From NCBI GenBank assembly GCA_963730185.1, contig CAVSQW010000009.1, positions 96,001-160,000 on the forward strand: a stretch of DNA of 64,000 nucleotides, written 5' to 3'. This stretch comes from an uncultured Gemmatimonadales bacterium. GTDB taxonomy: Bacteria > Gemmatimonadota > Gemmatimonadetes > Gemmatimonadales > GWC2-71-9. Below the pieces are notes generated by a model. The model saw nothing but the letters and a program-made list of their open reading frames with translations, had not been told where the DNA came from and did no database searches. Within the stretch, counting starts at the first letter, position 1. Every line of letters begins with the position of its first letter. Below are positions 18,770 through 29,199 of the stretch, piece by piece. A program made the translations under genes and the position numbers.

Positions 18770-19746
18770 GGCGGGTCTGGGTGGCGGCCGTGGCCTTGAT
18801 GGTCGCGGCGTGCGGAGGCGGCCCGGGCGGTGGCGGTGCTGGGTCCTCGACCTTTCGGGTTGGGCTGATCACGCCCGGGAGCGTCGCCGACGCCGCTTGG
18901 AACGCCGGCGCCTACCAGGGTCTGCTCGCCATCCGGGACTCTCTGGGCGCGGCCGTGAGCCACGTAGAGGCGCGAACGCCGTCCGAGCAGGAGGATGCGC
19001 TCCGGACCTACGCGACCCAGGGTTACGACCTCGTGTTCGGACACGGCTTCGAGTTTCAGCAGCCGGCCGAGCGGGTGAGCACGGATCACCCGAAGACCGT
19101 GTTCGTCATTACCTCCGGTGAACGGGTCGAGGGCAACGTTTCGCCGCTCGTGTTCCGGATCGAGGAGGGCACCTTCCTGGCTGGGATGGTCGCGGGCGGG
19201 CTCACCAAGACCAACCAGATCGGCTTCGTGGGTGGGATCGAGCTCCCGCCGATCAAGCGAGGTTATGAAGGGTGGGTCGCCGGTGCCCGGCGGGTGAATC
19301 CCGCCGTGCAGAGCCGGGTGACCTACCTCAACACCTTCGATGACGCGGCCGCCGGCCGAGAAGCCGCGCTGGCGATGATTCGTCTGGGCGTCGACATGCT
19401 CCACCACAACGCCGACGCCGCCGGGCTGGGCGTATTTCAGGCGGCGAAGGAGAGCCCGAACGTGTACCTGTTCGGTGCCAACGCCGATCAGCGGGCCCTC
19501 GCGCCGGAACGGGTGGTGGGCTCCGCGATCATCGACCTGCCCCGGGCCATTCTCGCGGTCGCCCGCGAAGTGAAGGCGGGCCGGTTCACGCCCCAAGTGG
19601 AGTCGTTCGGACTCGAGGGTGGCGTGATCCGATACGTCCCGAATCCCCTTTTGGCGGACCTGGTCCCGGCCCCGCTCGCCGCCCGGGTTTCCGCCGCCCG
19701 GGACTCGATCGTCGCCGGCACGCTGGTGCCGGTCCCACCGGCCTGA
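18766..19746 (+). CDS. BMP family ABC substrate-binding lipoprotein
   Basis: Lipobox VAAC; DAAWN, GHGFEF, IGFVGG. Confidence 0.9.
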   Translation: MRRVWVAAVALMVAACGGGPGGGGAGSSTFRVGLITPGSVADAAWNAGAYQGLLAIRDSLGAAVSHVEARTPSEQEDALRTYATQGYDLVFGHGFEFQQPAERVSTDHPKTVFVITSGERVEGNVSPLVFRIEEGTFLAGMVAGGLTKTNQIGFVGGIELPPIKRGYEGWVAGARRVNPAVQSRVTYLNTFDDAAAGREAALAMIRLGVDMLHHNADAAGLGVFQAAKESPNVYLFGANADQRALAPERVVGSAIIDLPRAILAVAREVKAGRFTPQVESFGLEGGVIRYVPNPLLADLVPAPLAARVSAARDSIVAGTLVPVPPA

Positions 19747-19751
19747 CCCCG

Positions 19752-20534
19752 ATGGGCGGCGCCGCGCTCTCCGAGATCGTCGCCTACCTGGACGGCTACC
19801 TCCGGGTCGCGGAGGTGCCGGACGAGGCGGGCGCGGTAAACGGGCTCCAAGTCGAAAACCGGGGGCGGGTGGGGCTGGTCGTCGCCGCGGTGGACGCATC
19901 GCTGGCCACGATCGAAGGAGTCGTGGCGCGCGCCCGGGAGCTTCCCGTCCCGCCGCTGGTGCTGGTCCATCACGGTCTCTTCTGGGACGGCAATCGACCG
20001 GTCTCTGGTCGTCGCTACCATCGCCTCAAGCCGCTACTCGATCACGACGTCGCACTCTATTCGGCTCACATCCCGCTCGACATCCATCCCGAGGTGGGCA
20101 ACAACTCGGTGCTCGCCCGCCAGCTCCAGCTCAGCGATGTCCAGCCGTTCGACACCTACAAGGGCGTCTCGATGGGGGTGCAGGGCCACCTGCCGGGCGG
20201 GACACCCCGAGCCGCCCTGGTGCAGACCCTCAACGAGCTGCTCTCGACCGATGCACGCCTGGTCGGCGGCGGCCCGGAGCGGGTGAGCCAGGTGGGCATC
20301 ATCACCGGCGCCGCTGGGTCGCGGATCGGCGCAGCGGCCGGGGCCGGGGTCGATACCTTCGTTACCGGCGAAGGCGCCCACCATACCTATTTCGATGCGA
20401 TGGAGCTGGGCGTGAACGTGATCTACGCGGGTCACTACGCCACCGAGCAGGTCGGGGTGAAGGCGCTCGCCGCTCACCTGGCGGCCCGGTTCGGCGTACC
20501 GTGGGAGTTCCACGATCACCCGACGGGGATGTGA
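19752..20534 (+). CDS. Nif3/YbgI (DUF34) dinuclear metal-centre protein
   Basis: NGLQV, VHHGLFW, HIPLDIHPEVGNN, GHYATE. Confidence 0.93.
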   Translation: MGGAALSEIVAYLDGYLRVAEVPDEAGAVNGLQVENRGRVGLVVAAVDASLATIEGVVARARELPVPPLVLVHHGLFWDGNRPVSGRRYHRLKPLLDHDVALYSAHIPLDIHPEVGNNSVLARQLQLSDVQPFDTYKGVSMGVQGHLPGGTPRAALVQTLNELLSTDARLVGGGPERVSQVGIITGAAGSRIGAAAGAGVDTFVTGEGAHHTYFDAMELGVNVIYAGHYATEQVGVKALAAHLAARFGVPWEFHDHPTGM

Positions 20535-21997
20535 GCGCCGATCGGCCGACGGAGGGCGGGATAGGCGTTCCCCAGGCCGGTTCGGCCGTCGCGGCGACGC
20601 CGTCGGGTGAGCCGGTGCTCGAGCTCAGGGGGATCGTCAAGCGGTTCGGCTCCGTGGATGCTCTCCGCGGAGCCGATTTCGTTCTGACGGCCGGCGAGGT
20701 GCACGGTCTGCTGGGCGAGAACGGGGCCGGCAAGTCGACCCTGATGCACGTGGCGTTCGGCCTGGTCCGGCCGGATGCGGGCGAGGTGCGGATCGGGGGC
20801 ACGGCGGTCCGGGTCCGTTCACCGCTCGACGCCAAGGCGCTTGGGGTGGGCATGGTTCACCAGCATTTCACCTCGATTCCCACCCTGACGGTCGCGGAAA
20901 ACCTCCGCCTGGCGGGGCGCCGGACGGCGCCGCCGACCGCCCTCGAGCAACGTCTTGGCCAGGGGCTCGAGCTGAGCGCGCTGGTCGAAACCCTGACGGT
21001 GGCCCAGAAGCAGCGACTCGAGATCCTCCAGGCGCTGGCCACCGGGGCCCGGGTGCTCCTCCTGGACGAGCCCACGGCGGTGCTCGCGCCGGCGGAAACC
21101 GACGACCTGCTTCGGGAGCTTCGGGCCTTCGCCCGCTCGGGCGGATCGGTGGTGTTGATCACCCATAAGTTGGGCGAGGTGTTCGCGGGGGCGGACCGGG
21201 TTACCGTCCTCCGACGAGGCGCGGTGGTGCTGGCCGGTCGGCGGCCGGGCGACGAAACCGCTGGGAGCCTGGCGACGGCGATGATCGGGCAGGCGCCGGC
21301 GACCCGGGCCCCGGTGGCTCGGGCCGCCCAGTCGGACCCGCCTGGCCCCCTGGTGGCGCAGGCGCCCGGCCTGACCGTTCGGGGGGGAGAGCTGGTCGGG
21401 ATCGCGGCAGTGGAAGGGAACGGCCAGCGTCCGCTGCTTCGCGCCCTCGCCGGGCTGGAACCAAGACCGGCCGGCATGGAGGTTCACGGCGCGGTGGCGT
21501 TCGTCCCGGAGGATCGAACCACCGAAGGGCTGATTCCTTCCTTCTCGCTGGTCGAGAACATGGTGCTGGGCCTGCCGAGCCGGGGGCCCTGGGTGCAGGG
21601 ACCCTGGGTGCGATGGGCCCAGGCACGAGCTCGAACGGCCGCCTTGCTGGAGGACTTCGGGATTCGAGCCTCGGGGCCGGACGCCCCGGCGCGAACGTTG
21701 AGCGGCGGCAACCAGCAGAAAGTCATCTTCGCCCGGGCGGTCGAACGGATGCCGGCACTCGTCGTGGCGGAGAACCCGACCCGGGGTCTGGATCTCCAAG
21801 CGGCGCTGTTCGTGCACGACCGGCTGCGGGCGCTGGCCGCCGCCGGGATGGGGGTGCTCTTCTATTCGACCGATCTCGACGAGGTTCTGGCGCTCGGGAC
21901 TCGGGTGGTCGTGATGCACCGCGGCACCGTCCGTGAGGCGCCGGCCGACGCCGACAAAGCGATGATCGGCGCGATGATGTTAGGGGTAGCGCCGTGA
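20531..21997 (+). CDS. Sugar/nucleoside ABC transporter ATP-binding protein (two NBDs)
   Basis: GENGAGKST, HQHF, LDEPT, LSGGNQQK, NPTRGLD. Confidence 0.92.
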   Translation: MSADRPTEGGIGVPQAGSAVAATPSGEPVLELRGIVKRFGSVDALRGADFVLTAGEVHGLLGENGAGKSTLMHVAFGLVRPDAGEVRIGGTAVRVRSPLDAKALGVGMVHQHFTSIPTLTVAENLRLAGRRTAPPTALEQRLGQGLELSALVETLTVAQKQRLEILQALATGARVLLLDEPTAVLAPAETDDLLRELRAFARSGGSVVLITHKLGEVFAGADRVTVLRRGAVVLAGRRPGDETAGSLATAMIGQAPATRAPVARAAQSDPPGPLVAQAPGLTVRGGELVGIAAVEGNGQRPLLRALAGLEPRPAGMEVHGAVAFVPEDRTTEGLIPSFSLVENMVLGLPSRGPWVQGPWVRWAQARARTAALLEDFGIRASGPDAPARTLSGGNQQKVIFARAVERMPALVVAENPTRGLDLQAALFVHDRLRALAAAGMGVLFYSTDLDEVLALGTRVVVMHRGTVREAPADADKAMIGAMMLGVAP

Positions 21998-23025
21998 GTC
22001 GGCTTCGGCGAGGAATCATCCCCGTGGTGGCCGCCGGGCTAGGCCTCCTGGTCATGGCAGGGGGCCTGGCCGCGCTCGGCTACGACGCGCCGAGTGCCCT
22101 CGACGCCCTCTGGCGGGGGGCGTTCGGCTCGTGGTATGCCCTGACCTCCGCGACCCTGGTGCGGTCGGTGCCACTGATCGTGATCGGTCTTGGGATCGCC
22201 GTCGCGTTTCGGGCCGGGGCGTTCAACATCGGGGCCGAAGGCCAGTTCTACGCCGGCGCGATCGCGGCGACGGCCATAGCGCTCGAGCTGGGCGGGTGGC
22301 CGCCGGCGGTGGCGATCCCGTTCGTCTGGGTGGCTGGTGCGCTCGCGGGTGCTCTCTGGGTGCTCGGGCCGGTGATCCTCCGGCTCCGGTTCGGGGTGCT
22401 CGAAGTGATCAGCACGCTGCTCCTCAACTTCGTCGCCGAGGCGTTGACCAGCTGGATGGTGCAGGGACCACTGATGGAGGCGAAGAAGGTCTATCCGCAA
22501 AGCGACCCGATCCCGGCGTCGACCCGCCTGCCACTGGTGCCGGGGAGCCGCCTCCATCTGGGGTTTGGCGTGGCGATCGGGCTGGCGATCGTGACCTGGG
22601 TGATCTTCACCCGAACGATCTGGGGCTTCCGGCTCAGGGCGGTGGGCGAGGGGCCGCGGGCCGCGGAGGTGGCCGGGAGGATCCGGGTCGGTCGGGTGAT
22701 GGGAGCGGCGCTGCTCTGGTCGGGTGCGCTGGCCGGGTTGGCCGGCGCGATCGAGGTGACCGGGGTGACCTACGCGCTCTTTCAGAACCTCTCGCCGGGA
22801 TACGGGTTCAGCGCGATCGCGGTGGCCCTCCTGGCGGGGCTCAACCCGCTCGGCGTGGTGGCGGCCGGGTTGGTGTTTGGAGCGCTGGAGGCCGGGGCCA
22901 CCGGGATGCAGCGGGAGGCCGGCGTGCCTTCGGTGGCTGTCTACGTGGTCCAGGCGGTGATCATCGTCGTAGTCCTGATCAGTGTCAACCGGGCCCGACT
23001 GGGGCGACCGGAGGCGGCGACGTGA
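21994..23025 (+). CDS. Nucleoside-type ABC transporter permease
   Basis: FNIGAEGQ, EVISTLLLNF, GYGFSAIAVALL. Confidence 0.9.
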   Translation: MSRLRRGIIPVVAAGLGLLVMAGGLAALGYDAPSALDALWRGAFGSWYALTSATLVRSVPLIVIGLGIAVAFRAGAFNIGAEGQFYAGAIAATAIALELGGWPPAVAIPFVWVAGALAGALWVLGPVILRLRFGVLEVISTLLLNFVAEALTSWMVQGPLMEAKKVYPQSDPIPASTRLPLVPGSRLHLGFGVAIGLAIVTWVIFTRTIWGFRLRAVGEGPRAAEVAGRIRVGRVMGAALLWSGALAGLAGAIEVTGVTYALFQNLSPGYGFSAIAVALLAGLNPLGVVAAGLVFGALEAGATGMQREAGVPSVAVYVVQAVIIVVVLISVNRARLGRPEAAT

Positions 23026-23029
23026 GGGC

Positions 23030-23953
23030 GTGGTCGTGGAAGTGATCGGCGGCTTCCTAGCCGCGGCGGTGCGGATCGCGACCCCGCTCCTCTGGGCCGC
23101 CACGGGTGAGCTGGTGGCCGAGCGGGCCGGGGTCATCAACCTCTCGGTCGAGGGTGCGATGCTCGCCGGCTGCCTGGCGGCGGCGTTGGGGGCTTCGGTG
23201 GCTGGGCCGTGGACCGGCGTCGGGCTGGCGCTGGTGGCGGGCACCGGGGTGACCCTGGTTTTCGGGATCATCTCAATCTGGGGCCGGAGCGACCAGATCA
23301 TCACGGGGACGGCCCTCACGCTCGGCTCGATCGGCCTGACGGGGGTGGTTTACCGTCAGGCCTTCGGGACCGCGGGGGCGGGGCTCGACCTGCCGACTTT
23401 CGGCTCGGTTTCCGTCCCGGGTCTCGTGCGGATTCCCGTGATCGGACCGGCGCTCTTTGCCCAGCCGGCGCTCGCCTATCTCGCCGTGCTGGCGGTGCCG
23501 GTCGTCTGGTGGCTGCTCTTCCGGACCGACTGGGGTCTCCGACTCCGGGCCACGGGCGAAGGGGCCGAGGCCGCCCACGCCACGGGGGTCCCAGTCCGCC
23601 GGATTCAGTTCGTGGCCGTGCTGGTGGCCGGCGCCTTCGCCGGGGTGGCCGGGGCGACCCTGGTGCTGGCCCAAGTTGGGACCTTCGCCGAACGGATGAC
23701 GGCGGGGCGGGGGTTCATCGCCATCGCCATCGTGGTGCTGGGGCGGTGGCGTCCGATCGGCGTGCTGGCGGCGGCGTTCTTCTTCGGCGCCGCCACGGCC
23801 CTGCAGTTCGCCTTTCAGGCGATGGGGCTGGCGGTGCCATATCAGTTTTTCCTGATGCTTCCCTACCTCGTCGCCTTGGTGGCGCTCGCGGGCGTGGTCG
23901 GCCGAGTCCGGTCGCCGGCGGGACTCGGCCGCACCCTCGGCGACCTGTCCTGA
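23030..23953 (+). CDS. Nucleoside-type ABC transporter permease
   Basis: ERAGVINLSVEG, DQIITG, GRGFIAIAIV; start uncertain (23030 or 23036). Confidence 0.88.
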   Translation: MVVEVIGGFLAAAVRIATPLLWAATGELVAERAGVINLSVEGAMLAGCLAAALGASVAGPWTGVGLALVAGTGVTLVFGIISIWGRSDQIITGTALTLGSIGLTGVVYRQAFGTAGAGLDLPTFGSVSVPGLVRIPVIGPALFAQPALAYLAVLAVPVVWWLLFRTDWGLRLRATGEGAEAAHATGVPVRRIQFVAVLVAGAFAGVAGATLVLAQVGTFAERMTAGRGFIAIAIVVLGRWRPIGVLAAAFFFGAATALQFAFQAMGLAVPYQFFLMLPYLVALVALAGVVGRVRSPAGLGRTLGDLS

Positions 23954-23986
23954 GGCGGCGCCAGGGCCTGGTCCGGAGCGAATCCA

Positions 23987-24469
23987 TTGAGAAGAACCGT
24001 CGACACCGCCGAGGGGCAAGAGGCGATCGCACGGGTGGGCCGGCTGGTGCGGCTCTGGGACGAGGCGGTCCGGATTCCCGGTCTGGGCTGGCGGGTGGGC
24101 CTGGATCCGCTGGTGGGGCTGGTGCCCGGCGCCGGCGATCTGGTCGGGCTTCTGGTGAGCCTCGGGCCGGTGGTGGTGGCGGTCAGGCTGGGCGCCAACG
24201 GGGCCGTGGTGGCGCGGATGCTTCTCAACGTGATGATCGACGCGGTGGTCGGCGCCGTGCCGATTCTGGGCGACGTGTTCGACGTGGCCTGGCGGGCCAA
24301 CCGCCGGAATCTCAACCTGCTGAAGCGGTGGCTGGCCCAGCCGCACCGGGTTCAGGGATCGAGCCGAGCGCTGCTGCTGGGGTTGGTGGTCGGGGCGGCG
24401 GCCGCGACGGGCGGTGCGGTCTGGCTCGTGGTCGAGCTGCTCCTGACGGTCTGGCGGGCCCTCACTTGA
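23987..24469 (+). CDS. DUF4112 membrane protein
   Basis: RIPG..GLDPLVGLVPGAGD..VGAVPILGDVFDVAWRANRRN. Confidence 0.85.
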   Translation: MRRTVDTAEGQEAIARVGRLVRLWDEAVRIPGLGWRVGLDPLVGLVPGAGDLVGLLVSLGPVVVAVRLGANGAVVARMLLNVMIDAVVGAVPILGDVFDVAWRANRRNLNLLKRWLAQPHRVQGSSRALLLGLVVGAAAATGGAVWLVVELLLTVWRALT

Positions 24470-25661
24470 TCCGACCGTACTTTCGGAGCACGCTCACCAG
24501 CCGGTCGTGGGGAAGCTCGTAGACCCGACGGCCGTTGGCGCCGGTCATGGTCCGAGCGGCGAGCATGGCGTTCACGATCGACTCGGCGGTGGCGTCGATC
24601 GTGGCCTCGAACAGCGGATTGATCCGGTCGTTCGGGATGGCGTCGACGGTGACGACCCGGTCGGGGTTCGACGCGTGGGGGTTGGCGGTCGAAAAGGCGA
24701 TGAAGATGTCGCCCGAGGAGTCGCCGCCGATGCCGCCCAGCTTGCCGATGCCGAGCGCGGCCCGCTTGGCGATGCGCTTGAGCTGGTGGGGGAGGAGGGG
24801 AGCGTCGGTGGCGATCACCACGATGATCGAGCCCTGGTCACCCCGGTCCTCGCCCCGGCCCGTTTCGCAGGCGGGCTGTCCGCGGTGGACGCCGTCAGGA
24901 AGGGCGGCGTAGCAGGGGAGTCGGTCGGGGATCTCCTTCCCCACCGGCACGCCCGCGATGGTGAGGCGGGAGCGGCCCCCGTAGTTGCACTGGACCAGCA
25001 CTCCCACGGTGTAGGCTCGGTCGAGCACGTCGACGCGCCGGGACGAGGTGCCGGTCCCACCCTTGAATTGGTTGCAGACCATTCCGGTGCCGCCGCCGAC
25101 GTTGCCTTCGGGGACCCGACCAGCGCGAGCGCCCTCCAGGGCGCGGATCGCGTCGTCCTTGGTGACGTGGAAGCCGTTGATGTCATTGAGCCCGCCATCC
25201 CAGGTCTCGGCCACGACCGGCAGCGACCAGGCGAACTCCTTGCCGTGCCCGACCACCCAGGCGATCACCGCGTCGTGCACGATCCCGACGCTGTGGGTAT
25301 TGGTGATCATGATGGGGCCGCCGATGAACCCGGATTCCTCGACCCAGGTGGTGCCGGTCATCTCGCCGTTGCCGTTCAGGGTGAACCAGGCGCCGTAGAC
25401 GTCGTCGTCACTTGCCTTGCCTCGGGGGAGGATGGCGGTGACGCCGGTTCGGACCGGTCCCTTGCCGACCACCAGCGTACCGTCTCCCGCGATCAGGGTG
25501 GTCATCCCGACCTCCACTCCAGCCACGTCGGTGATGGCGTTGAGGGGGCCGGGCGTCCCATCCATCGGGATCCCCAGGTCTCGCGCTCGGGGTCGGGACT
25601 GCGCCCCGGCGGGGGCGACGCCGATCATGAGCAGGGCGAAGGCGGCGAGGGAACGACGCAT
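24462..25661 (-). CDS. P1 family (DmpA-like) aminopeptidase, secreted
   Basis: RARDLGI, NAITDV, RTGVT, EGNVGGGTGM, SSGDIFIAFST; signal peptide. Confidence 0.92.
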   Translation of the reverse strand: MRRSLAAFALLMIGVAPAGAQSRPRARDLGIPMDGTPGPLNAITDVAGVEVGMTTLIAGDGTLVVGKGPVRTGVTAILPRGKASDDDVYGAWFTLNGNGEMTGTTWVEESGFIGGPIMITNTHSVGIVHDAVIAWVVGHGKEFAWSLPVVAETWDGGLNDINGFHVTKDDAIRALEGARAGRVPEGNVGGGTGMVCNQFKGGTGTSSRRVDVLDRAYTVGVLVQCNYGGRSRLTIAGVPVGKEIPDRLPCYAALPDGVHRGQPACETGRGEDRGDQGSIIVVIATDAPLLPHQLKRIAKRAALGIGKLGGIGGDSSGDIFIAFSTANPHASNPDRVVTVDAIPNDRINPLFEATIDATAESIVNAMLAARTMTGANGRRVYELPHDRLVSVLRKYGRIK

Positions 25662-25857
25662 GCGAGGGGGCCTCCTGAACCGGGTTGCCCGCAATGTATC
25701 GCCCCGGTCTCGGACTGGTGAGAGCCCGTTCCGGCCGGTCTCCTGCGGGGAGGGAGGGGCACGATCGGAGGCCGGCGTGGGTGCCGGGAAGAATCAAGGT
25801 TGCCAAGGTTCGGGATTGGGACGATCGTTAGCGTCTCTCTTGGTCGTTCGAGCTCAC

Positions 25858-26772
25858 GTGCTGCTGTCCACCGACAACCACTTTCCGCTGCGCGACGGGC
25901 GCGTGGTCGGCTACGCGGATTGCGGCGATCCGACGGGCCTGCCGGTGTACTACTGTCATGGGCTTCCGAGCTCGCGACTCGAGCTCGCGACCGACGCGAT
26001 CGCGGACGCGGCGGTTCGGGCCGGCGTTCGCCTGATCGCGATGGACCGGCCCGGCATCGGCGAGTCGAGCACCAAAGTGCAGCGGACGATCCCCGACTCC
26101 GTCTTGGACCTGGCCGACCTGGCCGACGGGCTCGGCCACGAGCGGTTCGCGGTGCTGGGTGTTTCCGGCGGGGCGCCCTACGCGCTGGCGGCCGCGCGGC
26201 GAATGCCCGAACGGATCCGGGCGGTTGGGGTGGTGGCCGGATTGGCGCCGCTGGCGGGGACGGGACTCCGGGCGACGATGCCGCCGAGAGCTCGGCGGAC
26301 GTTGTGGGCCGCCCGGTGGCTTCCCGGGCTCCTGGACCGGCGGCTCCGCCGGGTGGCCGAGGACCTGGAGCGGGATCCGGCGTCGGTCATGGCTGCCTAC
26401 GAACGGGACCTCGCGGACGCGGACCGAGCGGTCGTGGCCGAGCCCCTCTGGCGGGTGGCGCTGACCACGTCCTGGCGGGAGGCGTTCCGCCGGGGGATCG
26501 AGGGCCCCAAGCAAGATCTGATGCTGGCGGCCCGTCCCTGGGGCTTCCGGCTCGACGAGATTCGAGTTCCCGTCAATCTCTGGTTTGGCGGGGCGGATCG
26601 GATCGTCCCACCGGCGATGGCGCGCTATCTGGTGGACCGACTCCGGCTCACCGAAGCTCGCTCGTATCCCGCCGAGGGACACCTGTCGCTGCTGGTCCGG
26701 CGGACGGAGTCGATCCTCTCCGATCTGGTCCGGGCGGCCGCCCGACACCGGGCCCCGACGGTCGGGGCCTAG
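25858..26772 (+). CDS. Alpha/beta hydrolase
   Basis: HGLPSSRLE, DRPGIG, GVSGG, EGHLS. Confidence 0.88.
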   Translation: MLLSTDNHFPLRDGRVVGYADCGDPTGLPVYYCHGLPSSRLELATDAIADAAVRAGVRLIAMDRPGIGESSTKVQRTIPDSVLDLADLADGLGHERFAVLGVSGGAPYALAAARRMPERIRAVGVVAGLAPLAGTGLRATMPPRARRTLWAARWLPGLLDRRLRRVAEDLERDPASVMAAYERDLADADRAVVAEPLWRVALTTSWREAFRRGIEGPKQDLMLAARPWGFRLDEIRVPVNLWFGGADRIVPPAMARYLVDRLRLTEARSYPAEGHLSLLVRRTESILSDLVRAAARHRAPTVGA

Positions 26773-26793
26773 GCCGGCCCGGCGGCGTCGCGA

Positions 26794-27951
26794 TCAGCGC
26801 CGTTTGGGCAAGCTGGCCAGACGCTCGACCGCGGCTCGGAGCATGTCTTCCGTCTTACAGAAGGCGAACCGGGTCAGATGGCGGCCCCGAGCGGGGTCGC
26901 TGAAGAAGCTGGTCCCCGGCACGGTCGCCACCCCGCCTTCGGCGGTGAGCCAGCGGGCGAACTCGTCGGCCGGGCGATCGCTCAGGTCGGAGAAGTCGGC
27001 CAGGATGTAATAGGCACCTTCCGGGCTGGTGCACCGGAACCCTGCCCCTCGGAGCGCTTCAACCAGAAGATCGCGGCGCTCCCGATATTCGCGTCCAATC
27101 TGCTCGTAGTAGTTCCGTCCCAGCGTCTCCATCGCGACCGCCAGGCCCTCCTGGAGCGGGGCCGGTGCCCCGACCGTGAGGAAGTCGTGCACCTTCCGAA
27201 TGGCGTCGGTGACTCCCGCCGGCGCCACGATCGTGCCGATCCGCCACCCGGTGATGCTGTACGTCTTGGAGGCGCCGCTGATGGTAATGGTCCGATCGCG
27301 CATTCCGGGCAGCGTGGCCATCGGGATGTGCTCGCCCTCGTAGTAGATGTGCTCGTAGATTTCGTCGGTGACCGCCCAGGTGTCGTGGCGCCGACAGAGC
27401 TCCGCGATGCCACTGAGCTCGGCCCGGTCGAGCACCCGCCCCGACGGATTGCCAGGGGTGTTGACGACGATGGCTCGGGTCTTGGACGAAAAGGCCGCGG
27501 CCAAGCGGTCGAGGTCGAGTCGTTCTCCCGGCATCAGCGGCACGAACACCGGGCGCGCCTCGCAGAGGATGGCGTCCGGACCGTAGTTTTCGTAGAACGG
27601 CTCGAAGACGATTACCTCGTCGCCGGGGTCGGCGATGGCGAGCAGCGTCGAGGCCATGGCCTCGGTGGCGCCGCAGGTGACGGTGAGCTCGGTCTCCGGA
27701 TTCACTTCCAGGCCGTACCAGTCGGCGTATTTCCGGGTGAGCGCGTTCCGCAGCCGCTTGGCGCCCCACGTGATGGCGTACTGGTTGATGTCCGCTCTGA
27801 TCGCGCGAGCGGCGGCTTCCTTGAGCACGTCGGGCGTGGGGAAGTTGGGGAAGCCTTGAGCCAGGTTGATGGCGCCGTACTGGTCGGCCAGCCGGGTCAT
27901 CCCCCGGATCACCGACTCGGTGAAGGTGTGGGTGCGGCGAGCCGTCTGCAT
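26794..27951 (-). CDS. PLP-dependent class I/II aminotransferase
   Basis: [31 protein letters not shown]. Confidence 0.93.
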   Translation of the reverse strand: MQTARRTHTFTESVIRGMTRLADQYGAINLAQGFPNFPTPDVLKEAAARAIRADINQYAITWGAKRLRNALTRKYADWYGLEVNPETELTVTCGATEAMASTLLAIADPGDEVIVFEPFYENYGPDAILCEARPVFVPLMPGERLDLDRLAAAFSSKTRAIVVNTPGNPSGRVLDRAELSGIAELCRRHDTWAVTDEIYEHIYYEGEHIPMATLPGMRDRTITISGASKTYSITGWRIGTIVAPAGVTDAIRKVHDFLTVGAPAPLQEGLAVAMETLGRNYYEQIGREYRERRDLLVEALRGAGFRCTSPEGAYYILADFSDLSDRPADEFARWLTAEGGVATVPGTSFFSDPARGRHLTRFAFCKTEDMLRAAVERLASLPKRR

Positions 27952-28060
27952 GGGACCGTTCGGGGGTGAGGACGCGGGAATTATAGCCCTCTCCGTCCTT
28001 CAGCGTTCCTTCACGATGGCGAGGGTAGACTGGACCACGCACCCCCTGGGAAGGTTTTCG

Positions 28061-29131
28061 ATGCCCACGCCGCCGCTTCGAGCTCGAGGACTGACGACTC
28101 TGGTCGGCAACACTCCGCTTCTCGCCATCCGCCTGCGGTTCCGAGGCCGGCTCGCCGTGGTGTACGCCAAGTCCGAGAACCTCAACATGACCGGGAGCGT
28201 GAAGGACCGGATGGCGCTCCACATCCTGGTCGAGGCCCGGACGCGGGGACAGCTTCATGAGGGCGGCCTGGTGGTGGAGGCCACCAGCGGCAATACGGGA
28301 ATCTCGTTCGCCGCGATCGGACGGGCGTTAGGCCACCCGGTGGCGATCTTCATGCCCGATTGGATGAGCTCGGAGCGGGTGAACCTGATCCGGTCGTTCG
28401 GCGCGACGGTCAGGCTGGTAAGCGCCGGAGAGGGTGGGTTTCAGGGTGCGATCCGGCTGGCCGACGAGCTGGCAGCTGCGACGCCGGGTGCGTTCCTGCC
28501 CCATCAGTTCGCCAATCAAGACAACTGCCGGGCGCACGAGCGGACGACCGGTCCGGAGATCGCGTCACAGCTCCGCCAGATCAACCGGTTCGTCGAGTGC
28601 TTCGTGGCGGGGGTCGGAACGGGTGGGACGATCATGGGCGTGGGGCGCTACCTTCGTCAGGTGAACCGGCGGATTCGGCTTCACCCGGTGGAGCCGGCCG
28701 AGTCGCCGACCCTGAGTCGGGGGCGGAAGGAGGGGAGCCATCGGATCCAGGGCATTTCGGACGAGTTCATCCCTCCGATCCTGGAGCTTCCCTTCCTGGA
28801 CGACGTCCTTGCCGTCCACGACGGCGACGCCATCCTGATGGCGCAGCAGCTGGCTCGGGAGCTGGGCCTGGCGGTGGGGATCTCGTCCGGGGCGAACTTT
28901 CTGGCGGCCCTCGAGGCGATCGGCCGATTGGGGCCCGACGCCACGGTGGTGACACTCTTTCCCGACAGCAACAAGAAGTACCTGAGCACTGACTTGATGC
29001 GGGAGGAGCCGGTCGAGGCGGGCTACCTCACGCCGGAGGTCGAGCTCCTGGGCTTCGACGTGGTAGGTCGGGCGTGCGCCATGTGTCGCGAACCCGTTCT
29101 CGCCGCGCCGCTCTACGCCTCGAAGGGCTGA
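28061..29131 (+). CDS. Cysteine synthase family PLP enzyme
   Basis: [34 protein letters not shown]; start 28061 or 28016. Confidence 0.9.
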   Translation: MPTPPLRARGLTTLVGNTPLLAIRLRFRGRLAVVYAKSENLNMTGSVKDRMALHILVEARTRGQLHEGGLVVEATSGNTGISFAAIGRALGHPVAIFMPDWMSSERVNLIRSFGATVRLVSAGEGGFQGAIRLADELAAATPGAFLPHQFANQDNCRAHERTTGPEIASQLRQINRFVECFVAGVGTGGTIMGVGRYLRQVNRRIRLHPVEPAESPTLSRGRKEGSHRIQGISDEFIPPILELPFLDDVLAVHDGDAILMAQQLARELGLAVGISSGANFLAALEAIGRLGPDATVVTLFPDSNKKYLSTDLMREEPVEAGYLTPEVELLGFDVVGRACAMCREPVLAAPLYASKG

Positions 29132-29199
29132 TCGGCTGGTCCTCAGCCGCGCCCCCGCGTATCCTTGCCTCTCCGGCACTTGGGACCGAGGCACCCGAC

